DNA of 41,470 nucleotides from Isosphaeraceae bacterium (GTDB taxonomy: Bacteria > Planctomycetota > Planctomycetia > Isosphaerales > Isosphaeraceae): assembly GCA_965201075.1 (NCBI GenBank), contig CBDAVP010000003.1, positions 186,001 through 227,470 of the forward strand, given 5' to 3'. Below, one piece after another: positions 1 through 9,709 of the stretch (its first letter is position 1; each line of letters starts with the position of its first letter). The notes under the pieces are model-generated. The model was not told the origin of the DNA. It ran no database searches and was given only the letters and a program-made list of their open reading frames with translations. Both the position numbers and the translations under genes were made by a program.

Positions 1-594
1 GGCGATCATGGGGCCGGTGCGGGTGGCGTCGGCGTCGTGCAGCGCCTGGGCGACCAGTTCCTTGCCGGTTCCGGTCTCTCCGGTGATCAGCACGGTGCAG
101 GATTTGGAGGCGATCCGGCCGACCTTGGCGAAGACCTCGCGCATCCGCTCCCCCTTGCCCAGGAGGTTGTGGAAAGCGAACCGCTTGCGAAGGCCATGGC
201 GCAGAGACTCGACCTCATCGTGCAGGCGACGGTCTTCCAGTGCCTGTTCGACGACGACTTCCAGCCGGAGGGGGTCAATCGGCTTGTGCAGGTAGTCGTA
301 GGCTCCCAGCTTCATCGCCTCGACGGCCGTGTCGATGGAGGCGAAGCCCGTGAGCATGATGACGGTGACGGGCAGGTCACGCTGACGCACCTGGCGAATC
401 AGTTCCAGGCCGTCGTCAGGGCCTGGGAGGCGCAGGTCGGTGAGGACGAGGGAGAAGTTGCCCTCGACCAGATATTCCAGCGCGGCGGTGCCGGTGTGGG
501 CGACCTTGATCCGGCGGTCGGGCCGAGACAGGAGCTGCGAAAGTTGCTGACAGATCAGCTCACTGTCGTCCACGACGAGGATGCGTCGATCCAT
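1..594 (-). CDS. Sigma-54-dependent response regulator (NtrC/AtoC family), 3' end outside window
   Basis: Not in ORF track. Manual translation from ATG 594: MDRRILVVDDSELICQQL...LVLTDLRLPG...MLTGFASIDTAVEAMKLGAYDYLHKPID (receiver domain), then TVLITGETGTGKELVAQALH (Walker A of sigma-54 activator). Confidence 0.93.
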   Translation of the reverse strand, partial: MDRRILVVDDSELICQQLSQLLSRPDRRIKVAHTGTAALEYLVEGNFSLVLTDLRLPGPDDGLELIRQVRQRDLPVTVIMLTGFASIDTAVEAMKLGAYDYLHKPIDPLRLEVVVEQALEDRRLHDEVESLRHGLRKRFAFHNLLGKGERMREVFAKVGRIASKSCTVLITGETGTGKELVAQALHDADATRTGPMIA

Positions 595-730
595 GGCGCA
601 TTCATCCAGGTGGGTCCGGAAGGGTCCGGAGAGCCGGGACGGGCGGGTGTCGTCCACGCGAGTCCATTCGATTGCGGACGGGCTACTGGGGGTGGGCCGC
701 CGGCATGGTGGACCCGTCCCCAATCGCTAG

Positions 731-758
731 ACTCTACGCGCTTCGGGGCTTCTGTCAA
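731..758 (-). promoter_or_regulatory. Sigma-70-type promoter for the response regulator
   Basis: Minus strand TTGACA-16 nt-TAGAGT, ~135 nt upstream of ATG 594. Confidence 0.55.
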
Positions 759-921
759 GGCGAGGTGACCCGAGGTCACGGGCCGCCAATGGGTCTGTTG
801 AAAAATCGGTCTTGCCGAGCGCGCCGAGGAATGGGATGGTGCGGGGACGCCTGGACGGCGAGGGGCCGGGCGTTGAGGCCGAACCCCGGATGACCCGGGC
901 CCCGGGGAGATCCCCAAGGAG

Positions 922-2886
922 ATGTCGATGCGGGCAGTGCGCACCACCTTGGCGGCGGTCGGGCTCGCCGGGCTTTTGATCCCGGCCGACGCCCACGCCC
1001 AGGCCGCTCCGGGCAAGCCAACCCCTGAACGCATCCTGGAGATGTTCCGGCCCAGTCAACTTGGCGTCGACTACGACATCCCCACCGATAAGGCCGCCAT
1101 CGCCGCCTGCAAGGTCGAAACCGTCCACGACGCTCGCAAAAAAGCGATCGGCTACGAGATGCGCGACGGCCAGGGGCAGCTTCTGCGGCGATTCGTCGAC
1201 ACCGACGCCCGCCCCGGGATGGACCGCTGGAGCTACTACCAGAACGGCTTCGAGGTCTACCGGGAGAGCGACCTCAACGGCGACAAGAGCCTGGACGAGT
1301 GCCGCTGGCTCAACGCCGGGGGAACTCGCGTGGGCGAGGTCAAGGGGGGGAAGATTGTCGCCTGGAAACGAATCTCGGCCGAGGAGTCGGCCAAGGTGAT
1401 GGTCCAGGCCCTGGTCGCCGACGATAAGGTTTTGCTCGAAACCCTGATGGCCACGCCCGCGGAGTTGGAGGCGCTGGGACTACCCAAAACCGCCCAGGAC
1501 CTCGCCGCCAAGGACGCCGCCGTTCGTGCCGACCAGGTGGGCGCCTTGCGGAAGGATCTGGTTGGCTGGACACGGGAGACGGTCTTTACCCTCTTCGACG
1601 GGAAGGTTCCCCACCTGATCCCCGCCGATCCGATGCTGCACCTGGCCGATGACTTGCTGCTCTTCGAGAACGCCCTGATCCTGGCGGGTCTGCCGAATGG
1701 ACAGGCCGGGGCGGACAAGATGGCGTATTTGCAGTCGCCCGAAATCGTCAAGGTGGGCGAGGCCTGGAAGTTCACCGGGTTGCCTCAGGCGTTGAATCCC
1801 GCCAAGCCGGCTCCGGTGGCCGTCCGCGAGACCTTGCGGGCCGCACTCTTCGGCGAGGAGCGGCCCGACGCGGGTCCGGCGGTTCGGCCCGAGGTCAAGG
1901 CCGCCATCGAAGCCGTCGCGGCGCTCGACAAGCAGGGTGTTCCCGACCCCATCGCTGATTTCAAGGCATTCGCCACCTATCACCGACAGCGGATTCACCT
2001 GCTCCGAGAGGTCGCCAAACTGCTAGACGACCCGAAGGAGAAACTGGTTTATGACCGCCAGGTGATCGACAGCCTGATCGCTTTGCATCAGACCGGGAAA
2101 TACGAGCCGGCCCAGGCGGCGCTGGACCAGCAGATCGCCGAGAAGGGGCCAATCGCCTCCTACGCGGCGTTCCGCAAGCTGACGGCCGACTACACGATCC
2201 AGCTCGACGACCCCAACGCCAACCAGAACAAGGTGCAAGCCGGGTACCTGGTCAACCTCGACGCGTTCCTGAAAGCGTATCCCGGTTCGGAGGAGGAGCC
2301 CGACGTCCTTTTCCAGCTGGCCAGCAACAACGAGTACAACAACGAGGAGCAGGACGCGCGACGCTATTACTCGTCGCTAGTCGAGAAATACCCGGAGACC
2401 GAGGCCGGCAAGAAGGCGGCCGGGGCCCTGCGGCGGCTTGACCTGGTTGGCAAGCCGATCGAATTGGCCGGCAAGGGGCTTGGAGGCGAGGCCGTCGACG
2501 CGTCGAAGTATCGCGGCAAAACCTTGGTCGTACTCTTTTGGACGGGTGCCGCCGAGGCGGGGCGCCGCGACCTGCCCGACCTTCTGAAGGTGCAGCAGAA
2601 GGCCAAGGACCTGGAAATCCTGGGTGTTTGCCTGGATAGCGACCGGTCCGCCGTGGAAACATTCCTGAAGGCGAACGCCCTCCCCTGGCCGGAAATTTAC
2701 GAGGCCAAGGGGATGGATGGGGAGCTTGCCAACCAGTTTGGCATCATCTCGTTGCCGACGATCTTCCTGGTCGATCCGCAGGGGAAGGTGGTCAGCCGCA
2801 ACCTCCGCTCGGCGGCCGACCTGGAGAAGCAGTTGCAGAAGGACCCCGAGGTCCGCACCACCAGTTCGCGACCCTCGGATCGCTGA
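922..2886 (+). CDS. Secreted protein with TPR-like helical region and C-terminal TlpA/redoxin-like domain (CXXC absent)
   Basis: AAGGAG RBS; signal peptide ending AHA-Q; EF-hand-like loop DLNGDKSLDE; C-terminal YRGKTLVVLFW...LEILGVCLD...FGIISLPTIFLVDPQGKVV thioredoxin-fold pattern. Confidence 0.85.
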   Translation: MSMRAVRTTLAAVGLAGLLIPADAHAQAAPGKPTPERILEMFRPSQLGVDYDIPTDKAAIAACKVETVHDARKKAIGYEMRDGQGQLLRRFVDTDARPGMDRWSYYQNGFEVYRESDLNGDKSLDECRWLNAGGTRVGEVKGGKIVAWKRISAEESAKVMVQALVADDKVLLETLMATPAELEALGLPKTAQDLAAKDAAVRADQVGALRKDLVGWTRETVFTLFDGKVPHLIPADPMLHLADDLLLFENALILAGLPNGQAGADKMAYLQSPEIVKVGEAWKFTGLPQALNPAKPAPVAVRETLRAALFGEERPDAGPAVRPEVKAAIEAVAALDKQGVPDPIADFKAFATYHRQRIHLLREVAKLLDDPKEKLVYDRQVIDSLIALHQTGKYEPAQAALDQQIAEKGPIASYAAFRKLTADYTIQLDDPNANQNKVQAGYLVNLDAFLKAYPGSEEEPDVLFQLASNNEYNNEEQDARRYYSSLVEKYPETEAGKKAAGALRRLDLVGKPIELAGKGLGGEAVDASKYRGKTLVVLFWTGAAEAGRRDLPDLLKVQQKAKDLEILGVCLDSDRSAVETFLKANALPWPEIYEAKGMDGELANQFGIISLPTIFLVDPQGKVVSRNLRSAADLEKQLQKDPEVRTTSSRPSDR

Positions 2887-2988
2887 GCCTGGGTCGCCAC
2901 CCCTTTGCCAACTCGCCGGGGCTCCGCCTATCCTGGGTCGGACGCCCCGGCCGTGCGTTGGGGAGACGGACCGGATCGCCGAGCGACC

Positions 2989-4173
2989 ATGCCTAGCCCC
3001 ACCCCCGCCGACGCCTCGGTCGTGGATGTCGACCCGTTCGAGGTCCACGCCCGGCGCACCTTGCTGACCGACGCGGCGGTCCGGGTTGTTGTTTTCGCCG
3101 CTACCGACCCCAAGGCGTCCCCGGCGGACGTCATTGCCGAAGGGTTGGTGACCACATTGAAGGCGCTGGGACGGTCCGCCTCGGCCGTGGTGGTCTCCGC
3201 CGAGCATCGCGGCTGGGATCGGGCCCTCCTGCGCGGTATGGAGGGGGCGACCGAGCCGTTGACCCTGCTGTCCGCGTCGTCGGAACCGTGGACCGAGGGC
3301 CACCTTCGACCATTACTGAGTGCCATCGACCGGGCCGACCATGTGCTGGGCCGCCGTCCCGCCTCGCCCTGGGGGCGGGCCCGTCGCTGGATCGTGGCGC
3401 GGGTCTGGCGGTGGCTGTTCGCCCTGCCGGTGAAGGATGTCCATTCCCCTTGCCGGCTCCATCGGACGGAGAAGCTCCAGGCGATTCCCCTCCAGTCGGC
3501 CTCGGCCTTTCTGGATGTGGAGACCCTGGCCAAGGCGACGTTCTTCGGCCACCTGATCGACGAGGTTCCCGTGCCTCCTCTGAGCCGACCGCCCCTTTTC
3601 GGCCATGGGCAGGATTTTTTGACGGTCTTGCGAAGGCCGGCCCTGACGTTCGGCGAACTGGGCGAGGGCGTGGGCGAGGCGGGCTCAACTCCAGCGGAAC
3701 AACCGCAAGGCCAGGGCGAAGGTCGCGATGGCCCAGGCGGACAGGATCGCCAGGGGAACCGCGACCCCGGAGAGACCGGCGCCTTCCAGCAAGACCTTTC
3801 GGAGGCCGTCGACGAGTTGGGTCAGGGGCAGGGCCTTGATAAACGGCTGGAGCCAGCCGGGGAAGCGGTCGGAGGAGAAGAAGACTCCCGAGAACAGCCA
3901 CATCGGGATCATCACCAGGTTCATCAGGCCGCTGACGGTCTCGGTGGTGGCGGCTCGGCACGCGACCAGCAGGCCGATGCCCGCGAAGGCCAGCGCGCCC
4001 GCGATCTCGACCAGGGCGAGCGTTCCCAGGCTCCCTCGCATGGGCATCCCGAATCCCCAGACGCCCAGGGCCAGCAGCACCGCGACGTCGGGGATCAGGA
4101 ACGTCAGGCGGGCGCCGAGGATCGCCAGGAGGAAGTCTCGCCGGGGCATCGGGGTAGCGGCGAATCGCTTTAA
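2989..4173 (+). CDS. Degenerate glycosyltransferase family 2 (DPM1-like) protein; 3' tail overlaps the opposite-strand permease
   Basis: GWDRALLRG...LLSAIDRADHVLGRR...LFALPVKDVHSPCRLHR...FLDVETLAKA...IDEVPV follows the GT2 DPM-like pattern up to ~3650. Start ATG 2989 chosen within ORF 2905..4173. Confidence 0.65.
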   Translation: MPSPTPADASVVDVDPFEVHARRTLLTDAAVRVVVFAATDPKASPADVIAEGLVTTLKALGRSASAVVVSAEHRGWDRALLRGMEGATEPLTLLSASSEPWTEGHLRPLLSAIDRADHVLGRRPASPWGRARRWIVARVWRWLFALPVKDVHSPCRLHRTEKLQAIPLQSASAFLDVETLAKATFFGHLIDEVPVPPLSRPPLFGHGQDFLTVLRRPALTFGELGEGVGEAGSTPAEQPQGQGEGRDGPGGQDRQGNRDPGETGAFQQDLSEAVDELGQGQGLDKRLEPAGEAVGGEEDSREQPHRDHHQVHQAADGLGGGGSARDQQADAREGQRARDLDQGERSQAPSHGHPESPDAQGQQHRDVGDQERQAGAEDRQEEVSPGHRGSGESL

Positions 4174-4749
4174 CAGCTTGCCGATGCGGAAGTTCACAAT
4201 CAGGAAGCCGACCCCCCAAAGCCCGCCCCCCATCGTGTTGACGCCGATGAGGCCGGGGACCAGAAAGTCGATGTAGCGAGAGCCTCGCTCGGTGACGAGT
4301 TGGTCGCCGGTGGCGGCGGGATCGATCCGGCCCAGACCGCGCTGAAAGGCGTCGTCGAAGGCGGCTCTGGATGCGACGGCTTCCGGGCGGGTGGGGTCAT
4401 AGCGATAGCGGATCGCCGGGAACGCCTCGGGGATGACCAGCATCGAGGACTTGCCTGTTGTGATCCGGCGTTCCCCTTCCGCCTTGCCGACGCGATGCAG
4501 CGCCACACCGGGTTGACCTGGCCGGGCGATTCCGGAGGAGGGAGGGCGAACGGTGGCCTCGACCTGGTCCACGGCCGGTCCCTCCAGAATGTCGACGTCG
4601 ACGACCGGACTGGGGGCGGATTGAAACGCCAAGCCCAGGACCAGGGCCAGGCAGGTGGGAAACCCGTAGACCCAGAAGATCCGCGCCGGTTGACGATAGA
4701 ACTCTCGTAGGCGAGCCAGGTAAAGTTCGCGAAGCGGGGAGGCGGGCAT
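3685..4749 (-). CDS. ABC-2 type transporter permease
   Basis: LREFYRQPARIFWVYGFP, YIDFLVPGLIG, LFSGVFFS...LPLTQLVDGLRKVLLEG; six-TM ABC-2 layout. Confidence 0.93.
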   Translation of the reverse strand: MPASPLRELYLARLREFYRQPARIFWVYGFPTCLALVLGLAFQSAPSPVVDVDILEGPAVDQVEATVRPPSSGIARPGQPGVALHRVGKAEGERRITTGKSSMLVIPEAFPAIRYRYDPTRPEAVASRAAFDDAFQRGLGRIDPAATGDQLVTERGSRYIDFLVPGLIGVNTMGGGLWGVGFLIVNFRIGKLLKRFAATPMPRRDFLLAILGARLTFLIPDVAVLLALGVWGFGMPMRGSLGTLALVEIAGALAFAGIGLLVACRAATTETVSGLMNLVMIPMWLFSGVFFSSDRFPGWLQPFIKALPLTQLVDGLRKVLLEGAGLSGVAVPLAILSAWAIATFALALRLFRWS

Positions 4750-4899
4750 GGCGGGCTCGGCTCAAGGGCGGTGCGGGGCGGGGCGGTCTCGGGTCGCGTT
4801 GAAGGGGCCGGACCATTCTAATCAACGGACCGAGACAGGGCACCTGGTCCCCGCTCCTGGCGGCTTCGTCGACCGCTCCCGACTTGAGGAGGTTCTCGA

Positions 4900-6543
4900 T
4901 TGGCCACGAATCCCTCGCCGGAGCCCCTCGAACCCACGGGCTCGCTTGGACCAGGACGGAAGAGTCGCGGCGGAAATGCCTGGGCGTTTCTGCAACAGGA
5001 GGTTTTCCGCTGGGATGACTTTTGGTTCCTCACCCCCAGCGCCTTCTGGATACGCCTGATGGCGGCGGGGGCTCTGGGCGTCCTGGCGGTTGAGATCGTC
5101 CTGCATGCGCTGGGGTTCATGTTCGATTTCCCCTGGAGCGAATTTCGGCTCGGGCCCACCTATGCGATTCGACTGGGGATCACGCCCTATCCCACGCTCG
5201 ACCAAAAAGTTCCGCTAGCGGGTCTCCTTTATGGGCCGGTCTCCGCGATCGCGTACCTGCCGATCGTACTGCTGCCCGATCCGGTTTCGGCGATGGTGGT
5301 CGCGGCGGTCCTGACCGTCGTTTATGGCTTTGGGCCGGTAGTGGGGATGCACTGGCTGGCGGCGAGGCAGGGGAATGCGCGGGGGCATGTCCTGGGTCTG
5401 GTTGGCTTTGGATTTCTTTCTCTTCGAGACCCATCACTGACCTATAGCCTGTTCAGCCCGGCCCATGATGTCCTGGTCCTGGCGTTCGGGATGCTGGCGG
5501 TTCTCTGGCTCACCTGGAAACCTGGGCCACCGGGGAATCGGACGATCGTCCTGGCGGCGGCTTTCGCGGCCCTCTCCACGTGGTCCAAGCCGGTCGGCGC
5601 GTTTTACCCGCCCGCGTTGGTGCTGTATCTGGCGGGGATGTGGGGTCTGGGTCGCGCGTCGCGATTCCTGGGGTGGCTGGCTGTCTGGGAATTTGGGCTC
5701 TTGCTCACGATGACGGGGGCGTTCGGGGCTCGGGGCCTGTTCTTCCAGATGCTCGGCGTGACCAGTCGTCACGAGTGGAGCGCTCCATTGGGAGAGACGG
5801 TACAGACGCTGTTCCAGAGGGGTTGGCTCTTCGCCCTGGTCGCCCTGGGGTCCCTTTATTACCGACACTCCCGGGTTGGCGACAGCTTACGAGAGGAACG
5901 CTCGCCCGGTGGCCGCATCGCCCTGGCGTCCCTGATCGTCGCGGCCTGCGCCGCTCCGATCGCGATTGTGGGGAAGTTGAAGTTCGGCGGCGACTCCAAC
6001 GCCTACAGTTATTGCCTCTACTTCCTCGCCGCGTCGGCGTCCTGGACCCTGGCCGAGATGTGTCGCTTGCCGTCGGTTTGGTTTCGCCGAAGGTTCGCGG
6101 TGGCCGCCATGCTGCTGATCGGGGTCGATGCCGCGAAGGCGGTCCGCGAGATCCCCTGGAGCCCTTTGAATCTGAGGAAGCAGCCCGCCGCCGAAGCTTA
6201 TCGCTTTGCCCGGAGTCATCCCGGCGAGATTTATTTCCCCTGGAATCCCGTCGTCATGGCCTATGCCGAGCACCGATTCTGGACGACCGAGGACGGGGTT
6301 TACGAGCCCGAGATTGGCAAGGTCATGGTGCCGGACGCGACCCTCGCGGCGACGCTGCCGCCGTCTCCGAAATACATCGCCTACCCGCCGAAATGGATCG
6401 GGGTGGGGAGCCAAGGCTTTTACATCCGCAACCGATTCTACCGGGACTACACCGCGCCCGGCGCCGTCGCCGAACTGTCGAACTGGACACTACTTGCCCG
6501 GAAAAAGGCCACCACGCCGAGCCCGGCCTCGGACAGCCGTTGA
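4900..6543 (+). CDS. Polytopic membrane protein, possible GT-C-type glycosyltransferase
   Basis: TTG start with GAGGAGG SD at 4886-4892; about 10-12 hydrophobic segments; LYGP loop, HDVLVLAF and WSKP motifs reminiscent of GT-C enzymes; soluble C-terminal domain. Function is inference. Confidence 0.7.
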   Translation: MATNPSPEPLEPTGSLGPGRKSRGGNAWAFLQQEVFRWDDFWFLTPSAFWIRLMAAGALGVLAVEIVLHALGFMFDFPWSEFRLGPTYAIRLGITPYPTLDQKVPLAGLLYGPVSAIAYLPIVLLPDPVSAMVVAAVLTVVYGFGPVVGMHWLAARQGNARGHVLGLVGFGFLSLRDPSLTYSLFSPAHDVLVLAFGMLAVLWLTWKPGPPGNRTIVLAAAFAALSTWSKPVGAFYPPALVLYLAGMWGLGRASRFLGWLAVWEFGLLLTMTGAFGARGLFFQMLGVTSRHEWSAPLGETVQTLFQRGWLFALVALGSLYYRHSRVGDSLREERSPGGRIALASLIVAACAAPIAIVGKLKFGGDSNAYSYCLYFLAASASWTLAEMCRLPSVWFRRRFAVAAMLLIGVDAAKAVREIPWSPLNLRKQPAAEAYRFARSHPGEIYFPWNPVVMAYAEHRFWTTEDGVYEPEIGKVMVPDATLAATLPPSPKYIAYPPKWIGVGSQGFYIRNRFYRDYTAPGAVAELSNWTLLARKKATTPSPASDSR

Positions 6544-6549
6544 GTTCAG

Positions 6550-7557
<1,008 letters not shown>

Positions 7558-7753
7558 TCGGTGGCGACTCTTGGGGGATGCGGTTTACGTCCATTTTGGT
7601 TCGCGAGGGTCATGATTCTAAGCGCCGGGAGGCCCGATGCCCAGTCGGGGACGCGGCGGACTCAAGGGGAGAGGGGGCCGGCTCCGATATCAAAGCGTGA
7701 TGCGAAGGATCGCGACGGGCGACCGGCCGGCGCTGGGGCGTGGAGGATTGTCG

Positions 7754-8914
7754 ATGAATCGGTCTGCCGAACCGGCCACCGCCGATCGCGGGATGCTCCC
7801 CAGCCGCAACCAGGCATTAACGCTTTGCCGAGCGGCGCTGTCGACGACCGAAGATCACGGCCCGGTCCTGCTGACCGGCGAGGCGGGATCGGGCAAGACC
7901 TGGCTCTGGCGACGATTGGTGGACCACTCTCGGGCGGCGTCGCGTCGATGGGTCGCGCTGGATCTCTTCCCAACCTTCGATCCCGACGAATTTCTTCGGA
8001 CTCTCGCTCTCGCAATGGGTCTGGGACGTCTCGGGGCACGACGGACGCGCAACGCGATCCGCGAAGCTCTGGCCGAGGCGGATGACGACGACCGGAAAGT
8101 GGCTTTGATCGTCGATGAGGCTCACAACGCGAATCCCGCCGTCCTGGAAGAGTTGCGGATTCTCTCGAACCGCCTGGGCCAGCCCGGGGGATTCGCCGCG
8201 CTTCTCGTTGTCGGGCAGACCCGCCTCGCCCGCCAGCTGGATGTCCAGGTACTGGGTGGGCTGAACGGCAGACTCACCGCCCGGATCCACCTGAGGCCGA
8301 TTGACGCCGATGAGGCGCATGCGTTGCTTTGTTCGAGCTACCCAGCAACGGCGTGGTCGGCGGACCAAGCCGACGCCCTTCATCGGGACGCGGCCGGGAA
8401 TCCTCGCCGCCTCCTTCGCGCCGGCGCCCGCTTCGCGGTTCGGTATGAGGATCTCGCGAGTCCGTCTCCGGTCCCGGTCGCACCGTCGCCGACTCACGAG
8501 GCCCTATCGAGGCAAGCCACCCCGCTCCTTGGCCCCCCTCGGCCGCCCTTGCGGGTCGAGGACGGCCTCATCGAGGTCGGCTGGGCCGGTGACGAGGCGG
8601 AATCCACGCCCGAGACCTTGACGGTCGAAGCTTCGCCACCGAGACCGGCCAGCTCGCGGCTCGACCACCCCTCCGACGAACTCGTCCAGGACCCTTACGC
8701 CGCGCTCCAGGCCTGGGCGGAGTGGTCCGAAAACCAGGGCCGTGGCCAGGTGCGGACCGACAAGCCCGTCGGGGCGGATGAATCGGTCTCCGGTCCTGAC
8801 TCCGAGGAAGATTCCGATCCCCCGACCCGACTCTGGGCCGACGAGCCTCAAGGATTCGCCCCGTACAGCCAACTTTTTTCTCGACTCAAGCAATACGAGA
8901 AGGGCGCCTCATGA
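7754..8914 (+). CDS. ExeA-family AAA ATPase
   Basis: GPVLLTGEAGSGKT Walker A, LIVDEAH Walker B, LEELRILSN, LLVVGQ, AAGNPRRL. GGAGG RBS precedes ATG 7754 (ORF track opens at 7637). Confidence 0.85.
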   Translation: MNRSAEPATADRGMLPSRNQALTLCRAALSTTEDHGPVLLTGEAGSGKTWLWRRLVDHSRAASRRWVALDLFPTFDPDEFLRTLALAMGLGRLGARRTRNAIREALAEADDDDRKVALIVDEAHNANPAVLEELRILSNRLGQPGGFAALLVVGQTRLARQLDVQVLGGLNGRLTARIHLRPIDADEAHALLCSSYPATAWSADQADALHRDAAGNPRRLLRAGARFAVRYEDLASPSPVPVAPSPTHEALSRQATPLLGPPRPPLRVEDGLIEVGWAGDEAESTPETLTVEASPPRPASSRLDHPSDELVQDPYAALQAWAEWSENQGRGQVRTDKPVGADESVSGPDSEEDSDPPTRLWADEPQGFAPYSQLFSRLKQYEKGAS

Positions 8915-9248
8915 AAGGGGGGCCAGATCCTATCGGGCCTTGCCGCGAAGCCGTTGGCTCCCAAAACGCGAACACTCCGGGCCTCGCGCGGTGAGAGCGT
9001 CAGGGGAGTGTCGAGTCCTCGTGACTTCCTCTGAATTTCGCAAAAGAACTTGGTTCGTCCGCGGATTTCGTAATCACTTCTCACGGAGTCGGGCGGGGAG
9101 AGCTTGGCGTATCCGATAGAATCGATCATGAGATTGGATAGAGAGGTCCGATCCACATCGAATACCCACGAACAGAATTCGCGAACTGGCATATTCCTGT
9201 CTAGTAGTACTAGATTCCTAGGTTGTTCATCCCCGCCGATCTGGATAC

Positions 9249-9276
9249 TTGAAAGTTTTTCGTACTCGGCTAAATT
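9249..9276 (+). promoter_or_regulatory. Candidate sigma-70 promoter for lipoprotein/DUF1559 unit
   Basis: TTGAAA-16 nt-TAAATT in an AT-richer intergenic stretch. Confidence 0.45.
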
Positions 9277-9371
9277 AGATCATCGCGGCGCCGCGAATTA
9301 CCCGTCGCGATTCACGTCCTCACTCAATCGCCCACATCATGCGTCCGTGCACTTCCGATCGGGGGATCGCG

Positions 9372-9575
9372 ATGCCGTGTCATCGTCTTTTGCGGTTGTA
9401 CGCCCTGTGGATCTTTGTTGGAGGAACCGCCCTTGGGTGTGGGGGAGCCCGCGAGGAGATTCCGCTGGCCAAGGTCCCCCCACCGCCTCCCGGCTTCACT
9501 GATGCCAAGCCGGACAATGGCAAAGGGAAGCATCCCAGTGGGCTTTCTCCGGCCGTGCTGCCCAGCTACCGCTGA
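9372..9575 (+). CDS. Small putative lipoprotein (67 aa)
   Basis: GGGGGA RBS; MPCHRLLRLYALWIFVGGTALG-CGG lipobox followed by Pro-rich tail; sits beside a DUF1559 gene. Confidence 0.7.
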   Translation: MPCHRLLRLYALWIFVGGTALGCGGAREEIPLAKVPPPPPGFTDAKPDNGKGKHPSGLSPAVLPSYR

Positions 9576-9709
9576 GGCCATGGGGGCCTCGATCCCGCGC
9601 GTCTCGGACGTCGGGCAAAGTCGCGTCTCTCGTGGGTGAAAATTTCCCACGACTCGATGATGTTGCCTCGCCATTCGTCGCATTCACTTCTTGAGGGGGG
9701 GTAACTCGC

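Noticed and set aside
37..768. 243-aa plus-strand ORF
   Set aside because: Antisense shadow of the minus-strand NtrC-type regulator, which has clear motifs.
9187..9202. TGGCATATTCCTGTCT as a sigma-54 promoter
   Set aside because: It has the -24 TGGCA but lacks the GC at -12 (GG-N10-TC).
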